Source of the DNA: Halocafeteria seosinensis
Lineage: Eukaryota
Assembly (NCBI GenBank): GCA_001687465.1
Contig: LVLI01000146.1
Location: forward strand, 1-64,000
DNA: 64,000 nucleotides
Reading direction: 5' to 3'
Positions 13,043 through 22,290 of the stretch are shown here, in pieces. Numbering within the stretch: position 1 is the stretch's first letter; each line of letters starts with the position of its first letter. Below the pieces are notes generated by a model that was not told the DNA's origin, did not search any database, and was given only the letters and a program-made list of their open reading frames with translations. Position numbers and translations under genes: made by a program.

Positions 13043-15313
13043 ATGTGCTCGCACACACACACTTCGCATGTTGGATTGCTGGCAGCAGGTGCATTGACCG
13101 CGCTATGTTTGGAGCTCCTTTGCTTGTGGAATGCGACGCCCTCATACACGGATGTGAACCTGAATAGAAGCAATAAAAATGACAATTTGACGAGCGGCGC
13201 TGGTCAACATGGTCCGGAAACCCTACCGGTAACGAAACCATCGTCTCCCTCCTCCGACACACGGCCTCCTCTATCCGGATCCATTCCGGTTGATGCGGGA
13301 CAGGACCGTGTATGCAAGTCTCCTTGGAATCTGCAAATGCCTTTCAAGAACACTGTCTTGAAAAATCATTATACGCCTTTTTGCATTGCCCAACGCGGGC
13401 TTCACGGCGGTCGCAACGTGGAATTGCGGTCCCGAGAAGGGCAAATTTTGGAAACCATCACGGTTCCATTTTACAAAAGCCAAGGTTGTGGCCTATTAGC
13501 AGGAAATACCGAAACTCAATCAGAGATAACCATGCACTTTGCTGGATGTGACAAAAATGCCAAAGAACTGGAGTTGGTGGAACCGCAGTGCAATACGAGG
13601 TTTGGGGAGTCGTCAGTACCAGTGAAATGTTTACGGGATGGCCAAAATCCAGGAAAAGGACTCGGTGGTCTCATTGTGCTACCCAAAAACTCTGCAACCA
13701 TTTCAAATGCAGATATGAAGCTCGGTGGTGGTAGGAAGGTTCTCTTCACAGCTAGCTCCCTACACTCGAACTACCGGCAATTACGCCGCAGGGGTGCGCC
13801 TCTCTCTCCTTTGTTGACGCTCCGGAAATCCTTCTTTCACGGTAGCAATGTCTGGTTTGCATTCGGACCTGCACCTCGTGCATCGTCGCTGATCAAGTTC
13901 GTGGAAAGCAACGTGGCGCTGAGCTCATCTGTCTTCATTGGTAGGGGAAGCAGCAGAGCCATTGTCGCGGCTGCTTCTTCGAGATTCCAAATCACTATGA
14001 GTGAGTTCTCTTCGACAGGGGGAATTTGGCATATGAAACTACACAGTAGCTATGCTGTCGTTTATCGGACACACTCTATTTCCAGTTGTAGTGGTTCGGA
14101 AACAACAACGGCCCTGAGCAACTACGAGTTTGTGGGACAATTTATGCAATCACTCCCGCCAACTATTTGGATGAGTACTATCGTTAATTGGTGCCAGTCA
14201 GGCATCGTCTCGATAAAATCATTAAATCGGATCCATTTGCGCGAGAGTATTGTTGAAATGAGTGAGCTCGTGGTTCGAGACAAGAAGCTAGTGCTGTTCG
14301 ACGTTTTCGCTATGACTCCGGCGACCACACAAGTCCTTCAGAAGGATACGCCTAAAAAACGGGGAAAGCGGCTAGGTGATGATAATACTACCGGTGTCTT
14401 GCATTTCTCTTCTCACTCTCGATTTCAACCACATGTTCACTCTCTAGTTCCAGCGACCGAATTCGCAGCATCCCACTGTAGGTCCACTAACACAAGCCAC
14501 GGGGCTATTGGTTGGATGGAGAGGCAAACGTGTGAGGTTGATAAAAGGAGCGTGGCTCGAGTTTTGAAGTTTGAGGAGTGCCCTATCCCTGAAAACGCGA
14601 AGGTTGCGCGAGGAAGCCAACATCAGGCCTATATAACGACGGTTGACGGTTTCACCGTCGTGATTCGATACCCGCGAAGAGGCAAGCCCCCAATCCCGAA
14701 ATTGGCTGACACATTGATTCACCCGTCAATGGGATTTCGTATCGGTACATGCACTAGACCAGGAGGCGGGACGGCTGAAGTATATCCAGCTGTATCGGGC
14801 AGCAAGCCTAAGAACCCCAAACGCGACCTTAGCTTAGATGCAACTTTTAACATCGCCTTGGATGTCATCGAAGCATTTGCCTTTCTGAATTATGGTAACC
14901 CTTTCGGCTCTACTGGCCACGGTGATTTTGCAGTAGGCTATTTCCAGTCTTCGAAAATCGAGCCTCGGATAAAGAACATAGTAGTTGACCACAAAACGAA
15001 TATTGCAAGGCTTTTTGACTTCGATGGAGTTAGAGTGGTCTATCAACGCTGGACATTTCGGTCTGGAATGAGGCAAGACCTTCGCGGAGTTGGATTTGTT
15101 TTATGGAATCTGTGCGGAATGCACCTTACTAAGACCCGTGTAGAGCCTCGTGCAAATAGTCAGCTAGTGAATCGCTGCTCACAGACATTGCGAGGGCTCT
15201 GCACCGCCGCCAACTTCTGTATTGATGGGGGAAAACATAAAACTTTGACAACCGAGCAGCTGTATATGATGGTTCAGGAAGGAATTCCACAAGAACTTTT
15301 CAAGTCGCGGTGA
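13043..15313 (+). CDS. Type II membrane protein with C-terminal atypical protein-kinase-like domain, copy 2
   Basis: Intronless ORF with an N-terminal hydrophobic segment and Pro/Ser stem. Shares LKNHYTPF, LPPTIWMSTIVN, HGDFAVG, RIKNIVV and RLFDFD. An in-frame ATG at 12977 is an alternative start. Confidence 0.8.
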   Translation: MCSHTHTSHVGLLAAGALTALCLELLCLWNATPSYTDVNLNRSNKNDNLTSGAGQHGPETLPVTKPSSPSSDTRPPLSGSIPVDAGQDRVCKSPWNLQMPFKNTVLKNHYTPFCIAQRGLHGGRNVELRSREGQILETITVPFYKSQGCGLLAGNTETQSEITMHFAGCDKNAKELELVEPQCNTRFGESSVPVKCLRDGQNPGKGLGGLIVLPKNSATISNADMKLGGGRKVLFTASSLHSNYRQLRRRGAPLSPLLTLRKSFFHGSNVWFAFGPAPRASSLIKFVESNVALSSSVFIGRGSSRAIVAAASSRFQITMSEFSSTGGIWHMKLHSSYAVVYRTHSISSCSGSETTTALSNYEFVGQFMQSLPPTIWMSTIVNWCQSGIVSIKSLNRIHLRESIVEMSELVVRDKKLVLFDVFAMTPATTQVLQKDTPKKRGKRLGDDNTTGVLHFSSHSRFQPHVHSLVPATEFAASHCRSTNTSHGAIGWMERQTCEVDKRSVARVLKFEECPIPENAKVARGSQHQAYITTVDGFTVVIRYPRRGKPPIPKLADTLIHPSMGFRIGTCTRPGGGTAEVYPAVSGSKPKNPKRDLSLDATFNIALDVIEAFAFLNYGNPFGSTGHGDFAVGYFQSSKIEPRIKNIVVDHKTNIARLFDFDGVRVVYQRWTFRSGMRQDLRGVGFVLWNLCGMHLTKTRVEPRANSQLVNRCSQTLRGLCTAANFCIDGGKHKTLTTEQLYMMVQEGIPQELFKSR

Positions 15314-15784
15314 ATTATGCGCCGTCGTCGTCGATGCATGAAGTGTCAGTTTCCATTGGGTATATCAAGTCTCAAGTGGATATGAATGGATCCATCAGGA
15401 AACTGTGGAACGCGATGTGATACGAGGTACACCAGGTACTTTTACCCTATCATGGTAGGCTCTGTAGGCTGCTGGAATATGGTAGGAATCGCAACAGGGC
15501 TCGTTACTGACATACAGACGACTAAATAACACTACATACGCTTCCGTCGCACAGTATCGCAAAATATAACAAATTACCTGTTTCAAGATACCTCCAGGTT
15601 GTTGCCGTTGGAAGTGACCTCGGTGAGGTGGCCGCAGTGAATTGGTTTGACAACCCATGCGGATGGGGTGACAGGTTACGACCTCTTGCTCTAGCTCGGT
15701 GTAAAATGACAGCATAGAGTTTTGTTGATAGTTGACACTTGTGGTGTCCAATGGCGTGGTGTTTACCGTGGAAACAGAAACAAA

Positions 15785-18118
15785 ATGAAGAAAACCAAAA
15801 ACAGTTGGAAAATTGTATGCTTGTTCGTCGTGGCGGTCACAACTGTTCTCATCGTTCTGTACCTCACTGTAGAATCGTTGTCCCGCTATACAAATGACCG
15901 CACCCAAGGCCAGACCTTCATGTCCCAATATGAGGAACTTTGGGGTGGAAGGAAGACGAACGGGAGCTTAACGCGCCTGTTGGAGAAGGACAATTCCAAC
16001 CCCTCGCGGTCGCATTTCGGTACTTTCCTATCCAATTCTACACAGTTTGACTGTAAGACTCCATGGGAGCTGGAAAGCCCCTTAAACACCCCTTCGGCAA
16101 ATGTGCCTCAGTTTTGGATCCTGAAAAATCATTATACACCGCTCTGTGTGCGTCAACCGGGAACGCACGGGACTGGAGAGCTAGCCGTTTTTTCCCGGAG
16201 TGGAAGTCAACTGCTGGAAGTAGTCCCAGTGCCCTTTTACAAAGGGAAAGGGTGCGCGCTCGTCTCTGGGAACTATGAAAGTGAAGATGCCGGAGGGAAG
16301 CTTGTCGCCAAACTAAATGGATGTCAACCAGGAAGAAAGTCTTTGAAGCTACTGGATATAAGCTGCACGAATCGAGACAAATCTGGGAAGATTCCAGCCA
16401 ACACCATAGCGGCAACTTGTGTGCAAACTGGGAGACAGGATAATGTACAATTTAAACACAGGGTGGTTGTGTTGCCAATGGAAGGTGCTAGCGTCTCCAA
16501 GAAGATACTTAGAGTCGGTGGTACATCCCCCGTCCTATTTACACATAGGTCTGGCGCGGTGTATAATATCGGCGAGAATCCATCACCTAGTGGCAACGCA
16601 CTACTTTCTTTGAATAACCTGTTTCTGAAAGGGCAAAAGGTGTGGTTAGCATTTTGTTGGCATGGTGGTCGTAACCCCGATGGAGCTGTTTCACTGATAG
16701 ACGGTTCTGAAGCTAACATGGCGCTGGAGAGGGCGGTGCTGGTGGGAGAGGGGAGGAGTGGATGCATTATACGAACGAGGCGTTCGCGTCTTCAAATTCA
16801 AAAGAGCGAATTCTATGGCACTGGAGGTGTCGTTCAATTTGAGTTGCAGCGAAGTTATGCAGTGTTCTACAGAGTTCATTCTTTATCGAGTCATGGATCG
16901 GAGGTAACGGCAAGCCCTAACCTCGTTCTAGACGGCCAGCTTTCGCTAGTACTGCCGCCAATATTTTGGATGAGTAGTATTGTAAATTGGCAGGGAGCAG
17001 ATGCACTTGCTTTGAAAGCGGTGCAGCGTTTGAATATCCGGCAAAGTATACTGGAACAACAGAATCTTGTATCGGAGGAGTATCCGTCACTAATGATGAC
17101 AGAAGTGTTTCATTTCACCCCAAAATCTATGCTCGATGCTCAGTGTGACAATTGTTCCCTCGATAAGCAAAACGGGGCTTCCGTTAGATTCTTTTACTCG
17201 CATTCCAGGTTTAAACCTCTACTCTACAACGAATACTCAGTACGAGATTTCGTAAGAGAGTTTAATATCGCCCGTCGACTCTCACCAATGCTCAATTGGA
17301 TGACAAATTTATCGGCTACAGTGGACCGAATGACCCTCGCTTCGATTCTCGAATATACTAGATGTCCCCGTCCCGCGAACGATTCTGTGTATGGTCGGGG
17401 CACGCAAAACGAGGCATTTACAACGAAAGCGCAAGGGTTCGAGATTCTGGTTCGCTACGCCCGAAGGGGAAATTCCGCTTCGAAGATGCCCGCTGACGCC
17501 CATACTTTAATTCATCCCTCAATGGCCTTTCGTCTGGGTACATGTACTCTGCCTTCTGGGAAGACGGGTGAGCTATATTGGGCAGTTTCCGGAAGATCGA
17601 TCAAGCGCGCTAGAACCGACTTAGACCTTGATACCATTTTTAATGTCGCCTTTGATGCTCTGGAAACATTTGGATTTCTTCACTCAGGCAATCCGTATGG
17701 ATGGGCGGGTCATAATGACTTCGCAGTTGCGTATTTTCAGAACAGAAAGGGGCAGCCTCGAATAAAGAATTTGGTAGTGGATTTTGATTCAAAATCTGTG
17801 CATCTCTTTGATTTTGACAGTTCAACGATTCCGAAAAAGGGTCTTCCATTCACACAGCGCTCCATGCCAAAGAGTATGAGAACTGACTTAAAGGGCGTCG
17901 GCTATGTGCTGTGGCACCTAGCTGGTCGGCAACTCAGCAGAGAGCGGGTTTCTCCTGAAAACAATCGGCGGTTAGTTGAGTCGTGCTCTCTCACCTTGCG
18001 ATCGTTTTGCGAAGTAGCACACCAATGCTTGGATTCTAGCGGTGAAAGGCTTACTGCTGCAGCTCTTTATGAGAAACTGGTGAAGAGTGTTCCGCAAGAG
18101 CTTTCCGTCAGGAACTAG
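15785..18118 (+). CDS. Type II membrane protein with C-terminal atypical protein-kinase-like domain, copy 3
   Basis: MKKTKNSWK followed by TM helix IVCLFVVAVTTVLIVLYLTV. Shares LKNHYTPL, HNDFAVA, RIKNLVV, HLFDFD and DLKGVGYVLW. Confidence 0.8.
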   Translation: MKKTKNSWKIVCLFVVAVTTVLIVLYLTVESLSRYTNDRTQGQTFMSQYEELWGGRKTNGSLTRLLEKDNSNPSRSHFGTFLSNSTQFDCKTPWELESPLNTPSANVPQFWILKNHYTPLCVRQPGTHGTGELAVFSRSGSQLLEVVPVPFYKGKGCALVSGNYESEDAGGKLVAKLNGCQPGRKSLKLLDISCTNRDKSGKIPANTIAATCVQTGRQDNVQFKHRVVVLPMEGASVSKKILRVGGTSPVLFTHRSGAVYNIGENPSPSGNALLSLNNLFLKGQKVWLAFCWHGGRNPDGAVSLIDGSEANMALERAVLVGEGRSGCIIRTRRSRLQIQKSEFYGTGGVVQFELQRSYAVFYRVHSLSSHGSEVTASPNLVLDGQLSLVLPPIFWMSSIVNWQGADALALKAVQRLNIRQSILEQQNLVSEEYPSLMMTEVFHFTPKSMLDAQCDNCSLDKQNGASVRFFYSHSRFKPLLYNEYSVRDFVREFNIARRLSPMLNWMTNLSATVDRMTLASILEYTRCPRPANDSVYGRGTQNEAFTTKAQGFEILVRYARRGNSASKMPADAHTLIHPSMAFRLGTCTLPSGKTGELYWAVSGRSIKRARTDLDLDTIFNVAFDALETFGFLHSGNPYGWAGHNDFAVAYFQNRKGQPRIKNLVVDFDSKSVHLFDFDSSTIPKKGLPFTQRSMPKSMRTDLKGVGYVLWHLAGRQLSRERVSPENNRRLVESCSLTLRSFCEVAHQCLDSSGERLTAAALYEKLVKSVPQELSVRN

Positions 18119-18285
18119 AAACGGATGGGGCTTGCAGAATCAAGGATTACAGAGTTGATAATGTTGACTATAATGTAATTATAGTGTACGATCTTTGTAC
18201 GAATACGCTCCTTATCTTTATGGTATTTTACCCGCCTACTCTGAATCGCAGAACACCGCTCTGTAGTCACAGTGTGCCATTGCGT

Positions 18286-18525
18286 GGAAAGTTGAGGGAT
18301 CTGATAATTGAAATGGCTAGGGAAAGATGGACTACCGGGGCTCCTATGGAAATAAGATTTTGTGCATTCGAGTACGCGTCAGAATGCGGTAGCGATCACG
18401 TGTTTTCTGTCAATCCTGGGATTCGAGAAATGTGCGAAGGGATGAGGTAAGCAACTGGAGGTTGAAGAGGGGCAAGCGGATAACAGGGAGAAAGTTTAGC
18501 TCAGGAGAACCTGCGGGCGACTATT
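18286..18525 (+). pseudogene. Degenerate relic of the downstream secreted Cys-rich protein family
   Basis: W....MEIRFCAFEYASECGS aligns with W....MKMRICALKYESECES of the 19539 gene. An exact 20-nt match links 18490-18509 to 20437-20456. Stops and frameshifts are present. Confidence 0.75.
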
Positions 18526-19538
18526 TAGATGAGGGGAGAAACAACCGGATCCGTTTAACACAACCACAGGTATTACTTCTATTGACCACCTCAGAGGCTC
18601 GCTGCCGGCTTCGCCCGTATGCTTCAAATCGAACAGAGCGGATGATGGAACCATGGAGTGCGAAGCATTACTGAATGCTGTTCACCAGGGTACTCACAAC
18701 CCAGAAATCAACAGCCAGCTGTCTGACCATACTTTACTTGCCGGCTGCACAAAATGGTAAGAGAAGTGCTAGGCTTCGAAAAGGTTCTATGTACAAACCG
18801 TACTGTACCCTGTAGCTGGACTGTATTTGGCCACGTTGTGTACAGGTGCTAAAGCACGAATGTCCTGAATCATCCTTGAAAAATAGTCCTCATTCGAGAT
18901 ATCTTGGACTCCCGTATACGTAGTCTTTGCTTTACTACTTCTAATACACGTTCAACTCGCTACATTTGGCTTGTACTGACCACATTTTCGGAACGGTACG
19001 CTTCTCGTGAATCGCGATCGTTGATCCAGACAAGTCTGGGGCACCATCCAGTGCAATGCATCTGCCATTTCCGGATTGACGGTCCTTCAGAAGTGCCCAT
19101 ACAGTTATGGCACCATGTGAAACTACCACTAAAGCATCAATACAGAAGAATAAGCACCGGAAGACAACCGCTCTTCACTGTCTTTATCTTCAGTACAAGG
19201 TAAAAACTCAGTCCCACCTCTCCAGGTTGATGACTATTATACCGTTGTTCCAAGCTTATTTAATACAGAGAACAATTACTATCCTATTGCAAGTTGCAAT
19301 CGGTATCCATCTCGACGTGAGCAACAGCTCTAAGAACGCTTCACAATCGTTCGCGTTGAACGGTTGCCCAAGTTGCCGGTCCTGACGGTCGACCCCTCTC
19401 TATGATACTCTATCCTTGATGGTCGCAACGCTTCATACCCCATTGGAATCAAACATATCATGGTATACATTGTTATCCGTAGTGGTGTTGGTATGCTATA
19501 CGGTCTACAAACATGTAGTAAAGTAGTGGGATCATAAC

Positions 19539-21128
19539 ATGTGGTGGAAATTGTGGCAAAAGTGGATGAGCCCGACAAGTGCATGGTTCATGCTCGCGGC
19601 TTCTACCGTTTGCTCGCTGAGCTCGGTAGTTCATGTAGAAGCAGGAGTCCTTTTCGAAGACAACTTCCAGAATTTGGATAATTGGTCGGATGGCAGCATG
19701 TACACCAATTCCGATACGAATGCCAATGCGAAATGCGATGGACAAAGTAACAGCATGGAGATCGATGAGGACGCCACCGATAAAGTGGATGTTACCGTAC
19801 ATAAATTGGAGCCGGCCGAATACATATCTTCCTTGTCGTTTTATTATTACGAATGGGAAAACAGTAACGGTGGAGGTATCAGACTAGCAGATGACGATGG
19901 CAATATGATTCTCGGTGTGGCTACGAATAACCCTCAGTTCTACGTGCACGATAGGGATGTCCAGGAGGAGCTCTGGCCGGGTTTCAGTACCAATAGTTGG
20001 TACGAACGCTGGATATTCGTTAGCGTTACGATCAACTGGGACGATTCCACTTTTGATGTAATGTGGTATGACGGCGGCAATGATGCACCCATGAGCAGAC
20101 TACAGAAAACACATAATCGACCCCTTATGGGTACTAACAAGGTTGGAGAAGTCAAATGGTCGAACTACGCTGGGAATGGGTGGACCGATGTGACTTCTAT
20201 GAAGATGAGAATTTGCGCATTGAAGTACGAATCAGAATGCGAAAGCGGTAACATGTTTACTCTTGGCTCGGGATGTACGAAGTGTCCGAAGGGATATTTC
20301 AGTAACCGGGGAGAATCTTGCAAGAGGTGCTCATCTGGGAAATACTCTGACTCTAAAGGGTCTAGTAGCTGCAAGAGTTGTGGTAAAGGGCAAGAGACTG
20401 ATTCAAGGAGAACTACATGTAGTGCTTGTCCACCGGGAAAGTTTAGCTCAGGAGAATCTGCGTGCGAGGATTGTCCGCCAGGAGAAATGTCCAAAGAGGG
20501 GAAAAGCCAGTGTATAGTTGCAACACAAACCCCAACTACCAGCTCCACTGCGTACCGGACAATCTCGCCGTCGGCGTCGTCCACAGTATCTTCGACAGCG
20601 AGGCTTTCTAACTCGCCTTCTGCAGCAAACTCTCGCACTGTTGCTACAAGCTCCTCAGCTACCCCAAGTTGTAGTGGTAGCCTATCGAGCTCGTCTTCAG
20701 GCACGTCGAGCGTTTCAGGTTCATCCATAACTATTCCCATGGTTTCAACATCGCCGACGATAGCTTCCTCGCCTTCTCCAACTCTTGCTTCATCATCAAC
20801 GCCGCTTCGTCAAACTTCCCCGCCGGTTTCGTTGACCACCATTGCTCAAAGTCCGTGTTCATTGGAACCTGAACAGGAACAGATCCAGACTCCACACAAT
20901 GCGTCCAATAACACTGTACCAAGTGTAGAGCCGACAACGGCCCTTCGTAGTGTGACACCATCGGCCAGTTTACGAAATGGTACCACTGGAGCTGAATCGA
21001 ACGAGTGGGAAAGTTCATCAGGAACAACACGCACACAGGGACCCAGGCTATACCTACTTCCCCTTACGTCTTGCCGTGGTGACATAAGAATGAGGAGAGT
21101 ACGGCGGAGAGATCAAAACCCGTTTTGA
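19539..21128 (+). CDS. Secreted protein copy 1: signal peptide, acidic beta-rich (ConA/LamG-like?) domain, GCC2/GCC3-type CxxC repeats, long Ser/Thr tail; no kelch region
   Basis: Hydrophobic N-terminus, then LFEDNF..LDNW, GGGIRLAD, CPKGYFS/CPPGKFS repeats and a mucin-like S/T/P region. Intronless. Confidence 0.8.
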   Translation: MWWKLWQKWMSPTSAWFMLAASTVCSLSSVVHVEAGVLFEDNFQNLDNWSDGSMYTNSDTNANAKCDGQSNSMEIDEDATDKVDVTVHKLEPAEYISSLSFYYYEWENSNGGGIRLADDDGNMILGVATNNPQFYVHDRDVQEELWPGFSTNSWYERWIFVSVTINWDDSTFDVMWYDGGNDAPMSRLQKTHNRPLMGTNKVGEVKWSNYAGNGWTDVTSMKMRICALKYESECESGNMFTLGSGCTKCPKGYFSNRGESCKRCSSGKYSDSKGSSSCKSCGKGQETDSRRTTCSACPPGKFSSGESACEDCPPGEMSKEGKSQCIVATQTPTTSSTAYRTISPSASSTVSSTARLSNSPSAANSRTVATSSSATPSCSGSLSSSSSGTSSVSGSSITIPMVSTSPTIASSPSPTLASSSTPLRQTSPPVSLTTIAQSPCSLEPEQEQIQTPHNASNNTVPSVEPTTALRSVTPSASLRNGTTGAESNEWESSSGTTRTQGPRLYLLPLTSCRGDIRMRRVRRRDQNPF

Positions 21129-22290
21129 AGCCGGATCCCGGGAGATCACGGCCCGTGATTCACGGGATATCATCATGCCGATGTCATCCCCAAAGCTTGC
21201 CAGCGGTGGGGACCGGCAGTGCTGCCTTGACTTCGTTAGATACAATCAATGATCTCGTACCTGAACCTTGCGTGCGAAGTCACTGCCACGAGCGACACAT
21301 CCGTTAAGTACAGTAGCCTTGCTTCTGTCTGTGATCTTTGGAAACGGAACGAGACAACTTCTTTTAGTTATTGCAAGACACAATGAGAGATCTGGCCTAC
21401 AGAAAGGACCATTCCCCTGGGAAAAACTTGCTTGCAACTAGGCACTGCCGGCGGCGGAATAGGAAGCAACGTGTGCAGAAGCAACAGAAATTCCTCCAAT
21501 ACGAAAAGAAATAAATTGGGTATTTATGGGAATATTATTGCGGGCGCGATCAATAGTGAGACCCTTCTTATCATTCTTTCCGAAGTTAAGTAATTTTCTT
21601 TCTAGTCACCTCTTCATTCTCATTTTGAACTCCCATTTATCACCCGAAGTTTGAGCTGCGTGGGAGTTCAACCTTTCAGTCCAAACCCAGGTAGTGACGT
21701 ACGAGTAGCTGGGAGCATGAAGGGAAGGAGGCTGAGTCTTATCTGAAGCCAAGCGCAGTGAGACACTTATCGGGCATCTGGTGCGAGATATTTCCGGCGA
21801 GTGGTTGAGAAACTGTACCGTTTCCCAGTGCACTCCGTATCACCGGAATCTCGACTTGGAACCCAAGCTGTGCGAATGTCTGTTGTTGATTGCGCTAAGT
21901 CGGAACGCCTCCAAATGAGAAAATTTGCCCAATCTCTTCATTCGAACTCGACTTTACATCTCCATCGCCTGTTGCACAAGACATGTTTCGAACTCCAATT
22001 TAATGCAACGCATCGTTCGCCAGCACTTTCGACTCGTCGAAGTTTCGCAGAATCTACCCGCTGCTATCTTATTAACAAACACCTATCTCGAAGTGTAATA
22101 TTACAGATAGTGGCACTGTAGGGTAGCAATGCGCTTGAAGAATTGGACAATGACCGTCCGTGTCACGATTCTCTTCCGATTCCGATAGATAAGGTACTTT
22201 TGACAGGATTGTTGTGTTTCTGAATAGCAGCATACAAACATGGTTTATCGAGTTTCATGTGCAAGAGGAGGGTAGCCTTGATAGTTCGGC

